From the sequence record NC_027364.1: a stretch of DNA of 64,000 nt. The stretch is one strand, 5' to 3'. Both the position numbers and the translations under genes were made by a program. Every line of letters starts with the position of its first letter. The first letter of the stretch is position 1. The notes beneath the pieces are model-generated. The model ran no database searches and was not told where the DNA came from. It was given only the letters and a program-made list of their open reading frames with translations. This document shows positions 30,156-38,547 of the stretch, one piece after another.

Positions 30156-30186
30156 AAGAAAAGGGACAGAATTAATCTGTCCCTTT
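30156..30186 (-). terminator. Rho-independent terminator
   Basis: aaagggacaga/tctgtcccttt. Confidence 0.75.
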
Positions 30187-30194
30187 AGTATATA

Positions 30195-30527
30195 TTACTC
30201 TTCGTTTTCTGTCAAATCATCAAGAACTGGGTGTTCTGGATGGTTTCGGCGGTGTAATTTAATGCTTTTGTCTTTACTGAATACAGTTTCCATTTTTTCA
30301 AATGAATCACCAATTGCTTTGTATAAATCTGCTGCATCGGCAGTAACTGATTTACTGCCTGATGTTATAGTCACAGAGTATTGAGACTTATGCTCTTTCT
30401 TCACATGAACTTCAATATCCATTACAGTTGAAGTACGGAACTTTTCAAGACATTTAGCACCATCGTAAATTGCATCTTGAATTGCTGTAGTAAAATCAAC
30501 ATTACCTTGAATATTTAATTTTAGCAT
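30195..30527 (-). CDS. Ribosome hibernation factor-like protein (HPF/RaiA, S30AE family)
   Basis: MLKLNIQGNVDFTTAI ... ADAADLYKAIG.SFEK aligns by eye with HPF MQLNITGNNVEITEAL ... AEGQDMYAAID.L.DK. Confidence 0.7.
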   Translation of the reverse strand: MLKLNIQGNVDFTTAIQDAIYDGAKCLEKFRTSTVMDIEVHVKKEHKSQYSVTITSGSKSVTADAADLYKAIGDSFEKMETVFSKDKSIKLHRRNHPEHPVLDDLTENEE

Positions 30528-30543
30528 AATTTACCTACCTTTT

Positions 30544-31470
30544 TTAGAGTGAACTTAACAACAAATCTGCTCGGTTTGTAACTTGACGATACCATAAGGA
30601 ATTCATAATTTCTTTTTTAAATTTCTTAGGGTTATCATTTTTCACACTTTTCCAAAGCTTATTAAACGTAGCCAATTTATCGACGCCCATTGTATAGGAC
30701 ATTTCATAAAGAATACGTTGTTGTTCTTTGGTCAAATTTACTGCTTCTTTTTTCTGCATCAATAATAAAAAGTCATCATATGTTCTTTTCATATCTTGCA
30801 TCAAAAGTTTGTTGGCTTGAGCTTTGGTAATACCGTTTCTGTACTTAATCGCATCAGATTCTTTTCTACCCAAATAATGCCCATAACCTATTGTATAATT
30901 ACCTTTCATGTCCTTGTAAGGATGAAATTTAGAATTGTGGAAAGGAACTCCGACTTTCCCACCAAGTAAACGGCGTTTGTTCTTGGACTGAAATTCAATT
31001 GAACCTTCAGCTTCTTTGATGTGATTGACAATTTCTGGATCATTATAATCAAACAGTACAGTCACATCTGGTAACAATACGTTCTTCAAATCCTCTTTTG
31101 TTGGGATAAAGATACCCTGAGAAGTATGAAGAGTAGCATTTAAATTGATATTTTTCAACAAAATAACATACTCTTCAAGTTGTACATTTTTAGGTTTAAA
31201 CTTTTTAGCAATAGAATAATAACTATCACCAGGTTGAACCGTATAATGCTTCTCGCCGCGTGGAACATCCTTTGATATTTCTACCTTTGGTAATTCCTGC
31301 TTTTGAATTTGCGTAACTTGTGGTTTTAAATTGTGTACCTGACTTTCGTCCGATGATGATACACGATCATTTTGAGAAAAACCATAAAATCCAATCGCAG
31401 CGACAAGTACTGTGCAAACTAGAACACCATAAGTAGTCTTAGTTTTCAGTGCTTTTTTCGCTTGTTTCAA
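30544..31470 (-). CDS. Membrane-anchored LysM plus T4-lysozyme-like (GH24) muramidase
   Basis: AGGAGG SD before TTG at 31470; N-terminal TM helix; LysM HYTVQPGDSYYSIAKKF; EAEG...YKDMKGNYTIGYGH; SLWYRQVTNRA. Confidence 0.85.
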   Translation of the reverse strand: MKQAKKALKTKTTYGVLVCTVLVAAIGFYGFSQNDRVSSSDESQVHNLKPQVTQIQKQELPKVEISKDVPRGEKHYTVQPGDSYYSIAKKFKPKNVQLEEYVILLKNINLNATLHTSQGIFIPTKEDLKNVLLPDVTVLFDYNDPEIVNHIKEAEGSIEFQSKNKRRLLGGKVGVPFHNSKFHPYKDMKGNYTIGYGHYLGRKESDAIKYRNGITKAQANKLLMQDMKRTYDDFLLLMQKKEAVNLTKEQQRILYEMSYTMGVDKLATFNKLWKSVKNDNPKKFKKEIMNSLWYRQVTNRADLLLSSL

Positions 31471-31586
31471 AACGCCTCCTTTGTTGATTGTTAAGATGGG
31501 CAATCACAAAGATGGCAAAGAGGCCATTTGCAAAAGCCTCATCGGACTTTCTACAGTACAAAAACGTTCTTTTCAAATGTTTAAGT

Positions 31587-31614
31587 AGTATAGCATATTT
31601 TTATTTTATTACAA
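31587..31614 (-). promoter_or_regulatory. Possible sigma70-type promoter ahead of the structured lysozyme leader
   Basis: TTGTAA-N16-TATACT with TG extension. Confidence 0.45.
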
Positions 31615-31638
31615 GACATATTTACTGTAAAAACCACA

Positions 31639-32049
31639 TTAATCGTAGTAGGTTCTACCTACAGTGATGTGATATTTAAAGTACTTGGTTGGTAGTCCTA
31701 GTTCATTTCTAATATGTGTGATGAAATCATCTTCAAATTCAATGATAAAGAATGAACCTGGATTCTTTTTATCTTTTACTATCTCAATACAAGGATTGAA
31801 CTTTATCTTTACTTTCATTCCATCGTATTTTTTCCAGAACTCTTGATGTTGTGATACTTCCCCACGAACTATACTAACATGTGCTCCCCATTGAGGATCT
31901 TTAACATCAATATGTAAATCAGTTCTGATGAAGTACTGGTAGTATCTAACCAACTGTAATGGAAGTTGCAGTACTAACCAGAAGTCCTTCTTCTTTTTCA
32001 TAGTGCCACGGTCTGGATCATACACCAGAGTTCCTTCCATTTCAATCAT
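31639..32049 (-). CDS. 2H phosphoesterase family protein
   Basis: Two HxS/T motifs, GAHVSIV and KYHITVG, about 70 aa apart. Confidence 0.7.
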   Translation of the reverse strand: MIEMEGTLVYDPDRGTMKKKKDFWLVLQLPLQLVRYYQYFIRTDLHIDVKDPQWGAHVSIVRGEVSQHQEFWKKYDGMKVKIKFNPCIEIVKDKKNPGSFFIIEFEDDFITHIRNELGLPTKYFKYHITVGRTYYD

Positions 32050-32056
32050 ATTTTAC

Positions 32057-32260
32057 CTATAAATTTACATATATGTTTTTATTTTCAATACGAACATATG
32101 TTTCCAAAACGTCTTTCGGAATTTTATTACTTGTTTTGTGCCATGTAGTATTATCTACTAAAACAAAAGTTTCACCGTCAGTTTCACCAAATGTACTCAA
32201 AGCATAAATGAAGTAATTTGGTGCTGCACTACAATAGATATCAGCATTGATTTCAATCAT
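32057..32260 (-). CDS. Hypothetical protein
   Basis: 67-aa ORF. Confidence 0.6.
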   Translation of the reverse strand: MIEINADIYCSAAPNYFIYALSTFGETDGETFVLVDNTTWHKTSNKIPKDVLETYVRIENKNIYVNL

Positions 32261-32265
32261 ACTTT

Positions 32266-32397
32266 TTACACCACAATAAAACTTAATACAACAAGTGTAA
32301 TAAACACACCCACGATGGCAGTCATTTCTGGATTTGCATCATATGTGTATCGGATGCACTTTAGAAAATCTTTACCAAACTTTTTTAGTCCATTCAT
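32266..32397 (-). CDS. Small membrane protein (43 aa, not in the ORF track)
   Basis: SD plus MNGLKKFGKDFLK...AIVGVFITLVVLSFIVV*. Confidence 0.6.
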   Translation of the reverse strand: MNGLKKFGKDFLKCIRYTYDANPEMTAIVGVFITLVVLSFIVV

Positions 32398-32408
32398 ATA
32401 TTTTCCTT

Positions 32409-32765
32409 TCATTTCTTGTGTAAAGGTTCATCACTTTCATAATAAATTGTATCATTATTTCGCTCTATAGTAAAGCTCTTTTGACACAACTCTTCAGCTA
32501 AACCCTTTGCATAGTTTAATACATCTCGGTTGAGATATACTTCTTCTTTTGGAAAGCGTGGGTACTGAATAATACGAGCACACATCCCACTTTCAAGACC
32601 GCCAGTGTAGATATATTCACAGGGAATTAATTGTACACAAAATCCAAGCTTGAATGCAAACTTTCGTGTGTACTCTCTTGCTGTTTGGATATCACCAGCA
32701 ATATGAATATTCCAGTACTGCGTCTCCACTGTACCTTTGTCGATATATTTCATACTCATCTCCAA
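32409..32765 (-). CDS. Conserved phage hypothetical protein
   Basis: YIYTGGLESG...IIQYPRFP motif. Confidence 0.7.
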   Translation of the reverse strand: MEMSMKYIDKGTVETQYWNIHIAGDIQTAREYTRKFAFKLGFCVQLIPCEYIYTGGLESGMCARIIQYPRFPKEEVYLNRDVLNYAKGLAEELCQKSFTIERNNDTIYYESDEPLHKK

Positions 32766-32782
32766 TTATAGCATAAAAAATC

Positions 32783-33172
32783 CTACTTGCCCAAATCTTC
32801 TATAATTCTTTTTATAGTATCATTGTTTTCCAGACATAAAGTACTGAAATTTCTACCTGTTTTTTCATTGAGTTCATTAATCTCAAGCATAAGATAACCA
32901 TAAGTGATATCTTGAACCCTACTTCGTTTTACCCTTGAGTACAGTCTGATGGGTACAGATACACGAGTATTCAAAAAGAATTCTGATAAATCATAACGAT
33001 ATACCAGGTATTCATTCTTGTAACGTTTACGACTGTACGATTCTAAACACTGTGGGAAACGTCTATCAAAAATACTGGTCCTTAGCTGAAGAATCATCGG
33101 ATCTAACTTATGTGAGTAATATTTTTTAATTATTTTGTCAAAACGCTTAATGTGACGTTTCTTCCATCTCAT
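32783..33172 (-). CDS. Hypothetical protein
   Basis: 129-aa ORF. Confidence 0.65.
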   Translation of the reverse strand: MRWKKRHIKRFDKIIKKYYSHKLDPMILQLRTSIFDRRFPQCLESYSRKRYKNEYLVYRYDLSEFFLNTRVSVPIRLYSRVKRSRVQDITYGYLMLEINELNEKTGRNFSTLCLENNDTIKRIIEDLGK

Positions 33173-33666
33173 GTTCTAACTCCTTTCAATAATACAATAG
33201 GAAAATACTGTGTATCTGTATCAGAAATACTATTACAGTACTCAATAATTTCTTGATGGAGTGTGTTTATATAAATGCTAGGATATGGAATTGGTGTTTG
33301 TATTAGTCCAGAACTATAAACACAATCAGTTCTTTGACAATCAATATAGTGTGTTGTTGGTATACCTTTACCACGTTCCTCAACTACAATTGAGTACGAG
33401 TCAGCAATAAAAATGAACGCATTGTTAATTGATACATATTGTAGGGAATACACATCATCCTGAACTTCAATCAAAGGACCATCAAAATACATCAATACCG
33501 AACGGCGATATCCTAACACATCACTCATTGCATCGAACTGTTCTTGTGATGAAAGATAACAAAAACACGTATCACGACATACGTCAATAAAACGCTTAAA
33601 TGTTTCTGTTTCTATAAGCATATAATTTTCCTTAAAAAAGACCCCACATAGTGAGGTCAAATACAT
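33169..33666 (-). CDS. Hypothetical protein (start probably at MLIETE)
   Basis: ORF track; ATGA overlap with the next gene. Confidence 0.65.
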   Translation of the reverse strand: MYLTSLCGVFFKENYMLIETETFKRFIDVCRDTCFCYLSSQEQFDAMSDVLGYRRSVLMYFDGPLIEVQDDVYSLQYVSINNAFIFIADSYSIVVEERGKGIPTTHYIDCQRTDCVYSSGLIQTPIPYPSIYINTLHQEIIEYCNSISDTDTQYFPIVLLKGVRT

Positions 33667-33891
33667 TTAATCGTTATCATCATCCAATGCGTCACGGTAA
33701 ACATAATAAACATGTGCACCTAGCAGAGCAATAAGTACAATAAAGATTAACCAGAATGGTACAAAATGCAGTACTAGAGAAAACGCCAGTACTGTAATAA
33801 CCATTACAACTGAACTGAAAATAAGACTTACTGCTTTTTCAAATCCAGATAGTAATTTTTTAAAGATTTTTTTCATAAATGAATCAACCAT
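33667..33891 (-). CDS. Small membrane protein
   Basis: Two hydrophobic helices. Confidence 0.65.
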   Translation of the reverse strand: MVDSFMKKIFKKLLSGFEKAVSLIFSSVVMVITVLAFSLVLHFVPFWLIFIVLIALLGAHVYYVYRDALDDDND

Positions 33892-34234
33892 TTTTAATCC
33901 TCAAGAAAGTATGCTTACATTTTAGTTTATTACCATAGAATGAAATAGGAACATTAAACATTTCAATCTTATCTTCTTTCAACAAACGTAGAATATCAGG
34001 ATCGTTTTTTGTTTGAATGCAATGAAGACCATTAACCTGAATTTCTAAACCTTTCTTTAGATATTCATAAATTTTTTGACGACGCATCCCACCATAACTA
34101 TCATTATGTACCACATCACATAATTCTTTATATTCTTGCTTCAATGCTCGGTCTACAAGTGTTCCATCTTTCTTCCTGATCTCTGCAATACATTTATATT
34201 GATTTGAACCTCTAAGAGCCATGTTGTACCTCAT
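33884..34234 (-). CDS. Hypothetical protein
   Basis: 116-aa ORF. Confidence 0.7.
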   Translation of the reverse strand: MRYNMALRGSNQYKCIAEIRKKDGTLVDRALKQEYKELCDVVHNDSYGGMRRQKIYEYLKKGLEIQVNGLHCIQTKNDPDILRLLKEDKIEMFNVPISFYGNKLKCKHTFLRIKNG

Positions 34235-34691
34235 TAGGGTATTTTTTCATCAATTCGTGTAAACGCTGAATCTCTTGTTCTTTTTTTCTATCACTCTCGT
34301 ATTTTCGAGAAAGTTTCTTTTTTGTATTTGCTTCTTCTAATCTAATATCAGTACAGAATTTGTCATTTTTAAAAAAATTGATACGCAATGCATCGAAAAC
34401 AGACTTGAAATCGTTTCCTAATTCTTTAGACGTGTCAGTGTAATTATGAAAATACATGTTATTTGTCATATTTACATGTTCAATAACTGCACCATTATGA
34501 GTTACGATAAACATTATATCTCCATACTGTTCACGTGGTTCAGTACGATATAGATATATATGTTGACGTAAATAATCTTTTAATTCATGTTCAATGCCAC
34601 TTTGTTCATAACTTTGATATACTAAAACCTCACCATCAGTTGAACTGTTGTCAGATTCATATGGTTCGCGGATAATTATAAGATTATACAT
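34212..34691 (-). CDS. Hypothetical protein
   Basis: 159-aa ORF. Confidence 0.7.
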   Translation of the reverse strand: MYNLIIIREPYESDNSSTDGEVLVYQSYEQSGIEHELKDYLRQHIYLYRTEPREQYGDIMFIVTHNGAVIEHVNMTNNMYFHNYTDTSKELGNDFKSVFDALRINFFKNDKFCTDIRLEEANTKKKLSRKYESDRKKEQEIQRLHELMKKYPNEVQHGS

Positions 34692-34699
34692 ATTACTCC

Positions 34700-34981
34700 T
34701 TATACCGGAGATACGGTACTCAACATTAGTAAAGCTGTATTTTCATCAATTTCATGATAGTTGTCGCATACAAGTGTTTCCAACAAATCAGGATGATAAT
34801 AATAATGTTCATAATCAGTATCATTAGGAATATGATGATATACAAATACAATATCAAAAACATCATCATCATTTTCACACTTGAAACGCTTTAATTCATC
34901 GACACTTTCAACAAAGCCATATTCTTCAAAAGCAGTTGTACCATCTGGTAGTTTCATCCATGCACTTGCAACAATTTTCAT
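34700..34981 (-). CDS. Hypothetical protein
   Basis: 93-aa ORF. Confidence 0.7.
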   Translation of the reverse strand: MKIVASAWMKLPDGTTAFEEYGFVESVDELKRFKCENDDDVFDIVFVYHHIPNDTDYEHYYYHPDLLETLVCDNYHEIDENTALLMLSTVSPV

Positions 34982-34998
34982 AAATTTGTGAATCCTTA

Positions 34999-35583
34999 TT
35001 ATTTTGTAATGTTTAGTTTAGAAACGAAGTATTCTTTGGCTTCTTCATATGTCATTGAAGTATACATAGGATTCCATTTATCGTCAATATCGATAAGTAC
35101 TTTAACTTCCATTACATCTTCTGGTGTATAGAATTGCCATGTATTGTGATCTGGCTCATAGTTAGGGTCCAGTACAAAAACCGTACCATCCTGACCATAA
35201 ACTTCTCCATCCTCTAATAGCTCACGGAAGAAATCTTCTCCAGTAGTTGGGTCTTCGTATGCATTATAAAAACGAAAAACAACATTCTCAACATCAGTTC
35301 GGGTAGTACCATCTTCTTCATCATATTCTACCAAACGGTCCTGATGAAATACTAGGTCAATAGCACCAATGCGAGGTTTATTATGTGGAGTTTTGATTTC
35401 TTGCTGGGAATTATAATCAATACGTTCAGTACTGATGAATACTCCACTAGGGGTAATTTCAATACCAGACACATTTTCTGGTGAATAGTAAGCGTCACAC
35501 ATGTCATCAATGTGCATGTGCTCATGATACACTTCCATTTCAGGATTCTGCAACAACAGTGCTGCTAAGTCTTTTGCTTTCAA
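34999..35583 (-). CDS. Hypothetical protein, paralogue of 36319..36936
   Basis: MKAKDLAALLL.NP.MEVY, TPSG, YTPEDV, MTYEEA. Confidence 0.7.
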   Translation of the reverse strand: MKAKDLAALLLQNPEMEVYHEHMHIDDMCDAYYSPENVSGIEITPSGVFISTERIDYNSQQEIKTPHNKPRIGAIDLVFHQDRLVEYDEEDGTTRTDVENVVFRFYNAYEDPTTGEDFFRELLEDGEVYGQDGTVFVLDPNYEPDHNTWQFYTPEDVMEVKVLIDIDDKWNPMYTSMTYEEAKEYFVSKLNITK

Positions 35584-35972
35584 TCTTCAATCTCCATAGA
35601 ATTATCATCATCATAATCATCACTGGTGTACTTAGTTTTTACCTCAATACCATTCTCATGTAGGTATGTGATAAAACCATTACCATAAACGAATTGATTA
35701 TAATATGTATTTTCTTCTACATGTGCATCATAATCATCTTCATAATATGTGGGTATTGTAACATCATGACCTACACTTTGCAAGTACTGGAACAATTCTT
35801 TCAGTACTACTTCGATATCACCTTCTTCTGTACCATAACAATAAGCAGGTTCACCGTGAGTGAATTTGAAACCTTTACAGGAAACTGTATAAATGTCACT
35901 CATTTGTATACCACAATCATCACATTCATGTATAGAACAATGCTGGTGGAATTTAATCTTTTTGATTTGCAT
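35580..35972 (-). CDS. Hypothetical protein, possible zinc-binding N-terminus
   Basis: HCSIHECDDCG. Confidence 0.65.
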   Translation of the reverse strand: MQIKKIKFHQHCSIHECDDCGIQMSDIYTVSCKGFKFTHGEPAYCYGTEEGDIEVVLKELFQYLQSVGHDVTIPTYYEDDYDAHVEENTYYNQFVYGNGFITYLHENGIEVKTKYTSDDYDDDNSMEIED

Positions 35973-36312
35973 TTAGAAAATCCTGTAAAGATGTAGTAGA
36001 CATTGGACTATCAGCACCATCATACCACAGTGATGTATATGGCTGAACTGAACTAATATCAATACAGAATCCTTCACGCTCACATTTTCGAGCGAATTCT
36101 TCAGTAGTTAGTTTGTTACCAAAAGAAATCTCAAATTCATAACTAGACATATCAATATCAGTACTGTAAATCAATGCACCATCATATGTAATATGGAGTT
36201 TAGAATCTGCGTCAAAAAGACGATCTGAAATAGCTTCATAATCATCTTCAGGAACTGCTTCAATAAGACGTGCCATTAGTCCAGATGTTACGCGGTAATC
36301 ACTCATGTTCAA
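35953..36312 (-). CDS. Hypothetical protein
   Basis: 119-aa ORF. Confidence 0.7.
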   Translation of the reverse strand: MNMSDYRVTSGLMARLIEAVPEDDYEAISDRLFDADSKLHITYDGALIYSTDIDMSSYEFEISFGNKLTTEEFARKCEREGFCIDISSVQPYTSLWYDGADSPMSTTSLQDFLNANQKD

Positions 36313-36318
36313 CCTCTT

Positions 36319-36936
36319 TTATTTTTTAATTTTATCAATCATAGAAGGTGATACTTTTACATTGAATTCAGAATCAGGAAAATCTTTAGAAAATGAATCA
36401 ATTTGTTCTTGTGAAAGTTCTTCTTTTTGTGGAAATAACATTTTAACTAAATTTTTACCACATTCAATTGCTTCATCATACGACATAGTTTCCCATGTTC
36501 CATGCCAAGTACTAGGTTCATATTCTGTCAGTACAGAAATGAAATCAATATCATCGGGTGTATACCAAACAGCATTTTGATTCCCTGATGGTGCTGATTG
36601 ATTTTTACCTAATAAAACAATTGGCTTTTCATAAGGAATGTTAAATATCAACCCAGATTCTAAGTTAAGAACAGTTTGAATAGATGAACCCTCCAATTTT
36701 GGAGTAATAGTACCATCCTTAAAGAAAATTTGTACATGACCCAAGAGCGGGGTTTCGTATGGTGTAAGTACATTTTCAGAAACTGATGTGGGTTTTACCG
36801 TTGTGAAAATGCCAGATGGGGTGACCATTAATTTATTATCAAAATTCTGATAATGCAAGTCACTCTCTGCATCATAATGATAAATTTCTAGATTTGGTTG
36901 AGATAGTAGTAATTTTGCTAAATCATGAGATTTCAT
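36319..36936 (-). CDS. Hypothetical protein, paralogue of 34999..35583
   Basis: GGAG SD before ATG 36936; MKSHDLAKLLL.QP.LEIY, TPSG, YTPDDI, MSYDEA. Confidence 0.7.
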   Translation of the reverse strand: MKSHDLAKLLLSQPNLEIYHYDAESDLHYQNFDNKLMVTPSGIFTTVKPTSVSENVLTPYETPLLGHVQIFFKDGTITPKLEGSSIQTVLNLESGLIFNIPYEKPIVLLGKNQSAPSGNQNAVWYTPDDIDFISVLTEYEPSTWHGTWETMSYDEAIECGKNLVKMLFPQKEELSQEQIDSFSKDFPDSEFNVKVSPSMIDKIKK

Positions 36937-36946
36937 TTTATTTCTC

Positions 36947-36977
36947 CAAAAGAAAAGGAGAGTCACAATGACTCTCC
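36947..36977 (-). terminator. Rho-independent terminator
   Basis: ggagagtca/tgactctcc plus T-rich tail. Confidence 0.75.
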
Positions 36978-36984
36978 ATATATT

Positions 36985-37425
36985 TTATTGTAAAACTTTA
37001 AGTTTGTAAAGTGTTCCTTCAACAAAACTCATAATATCTTCTAATGTGTTTACACTGCCGTAATCACCTGATTCTTCAAGCATATCATGAATTGCTCTAC
37101 ATTGCTCAACATATTCTTCAAGAATTGGTACACAATCTTCAATTGGTGTAAAACGATAACTATTACCAGTTCCAACTTGTAAAGCACCACGATTATTCAT
37201 GATACCTTCAACAAATGCGTCTACATATTCTGGTAATTCTTTATATAGTTCATCTAATTGTAAATGCTTTGTATAAAAATGACATTGTAAGTGCCAGTTA
37301 TGTGCAGCAGAACTTAAAAACAAACTATTTTCAATAAAAGTTAATAGTACTTCATCATATGAATTATCTTCTTCAGTACTTCCGATAAAGTCCATTACGT
37401 GTCGTAAATCATTAATATCTTCCAT
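36985..37425 (-). CDS. Dps/ferritin-like protein
   Basis: AAHNWHLQCHFYTKHLQLDELY......VDAFVE matches the Dps AHW....F...H..LD.......D...E ferroxidase pattern. Confidence 0.75.
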   Translation of the reverse strand: MEDINDLRHVMDFIGSTEEDNSYDEVLLTFIENSLFLSSAAHNWHLQCHFYTKHLQLDELYKELPEYVDAFVEGIMNNRGALQVGTGNSYRFTPIEDCVPILEEYVEQCRAIHDMLEESGDYGSVNTLEDIMSFVEGTLYKLKVLQ

Positions 37426-37457
37426 AATATCTCTCCTTAGAGTTATTCTCTTATTAT

Positions 37458-37886
37458 TTAGTTAATAATAAAGGTAATTTCAGGATTCATTTCAGAAACT
37501 GCATTGCGTTTACTTCTATCCCATAGTATTCTGTTATTATACAAAGAAGAATCACATACTACAAGTAAGCAATTTCTTAATCTACTTACAGTACTTTGAT
37601 TATTTAAATCAGTTTCTGAAATAAAAAATACATTTTCAGGAACTACTAAAGGAATAGATTTATCAAAAAACAAAACTACAATAGGTCTTGTTGTATGAAC
37701 TGATTTAACGAAATCCAAAATACTATTATAAAAATTAGTTTCTTTAGTAATTACTGACGGATCTTTAATTCTTTTCAAATATTGCTGTGGTAGTTGTTGT
37801 TCGTCTTTTATCTGAAACTCAAAATATTCTTTGAATAACATTTGTGTTAATTCGGATTTATCGGATATTTTCGTTGTGTTACTCAT
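37458..37886 (-). CDS. Hypothetical protein
   Basis: 142-aa ORF. Confidence 0.65.
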   Translation of the reverse strand: MSNTTKISDKSELTQMLFKEYFEFQIKDEQQLPQQYLKRIKDPSVITKETNFYNSILDFVKSVHTTRPIVVLFFDKSIPLVVPENVFFISETDLNNQSTVSRLRNCLLVVCDSSLYNNRILWDRSKRNAVSEMNPEITFIIN

Positions 37887-38540
37887 TCACTTCGTTCTCT
37901 CGTAACTCAAGAAGTCACTGCGTTTACTTCGTAAACTAGTTCCTTCTGAAAATGATAATGTACTTTAAAAACTTGACGGGATTTGTTGAGGACTATTACA
38001 TCCCCCCGCAGGGGAATGAAGGTAATAAAAAAGAGACAATTAAGTCTCTCTTGACGATGATGGCATCGGATATTATCGAATTGCGAATTTCTCAAATTTT
38101 GGACGGATCTTTCTTGTACCAAAATTTAGAGAGCGAAAGCGGGTTGCTCGGTTTCTCTCTATCGCAGTCATATGCAACGGTCGCTGGTCTTTTCATCAAC
38201 AGCACTCAGTACTAACTCTATTCGATCAAAGTAGTACTTGTTCTCAAATTTTGGACGCAACTTTCTTGTAAAAATTGCGTCCGCTATTCTTGAACTCCCT
38301 TAGCAAATCTGGTAAGGTGCGAACCTTATACATCTATCTAGGAACTCTCTGTATGCTTATCGGAGTTCTTTATACAGCCGTGTCGCCGTGATTCGTGGTC
38401 TTACATCGTGTTTGTTTGAATGCCAGTACTCTAACAGGTTTCTTCTGCTGTTCGCTACAACGGTAAAGCTCATCTATCCTTTACATTTTCAAGAGAAGTA
38501 GGTTCTCAGTGTCCATTTTTCAATGTCCGTTGTCATTTTC
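37887..38540. other. Hairpin-rich non-coding region (candidate replication origin or large structured RNA)
   Basis: About 650 bp with no credible gene, more than 10 inverted repeats, GNRA-type loops and a 30-bp near-identical direct repeat (38089, 38241). Confidence 0.6.
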
Positions 38541-38547
38541 TATATAC

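Noticed and set aside
31520-31560. CCGATGAG...GCAAA as a hammerhead ribozyme core
   Set aside because: The core deviates from CUGAUGA/GAAA and I could not form stems I and III.
37952-38215. 87-aa + strand ORF in the structured region
   Set aside because: It runs against the uniform minus-strand orientation, has no clear SD and overlaps dense inverted repeats; it is more likely a chance ORF.
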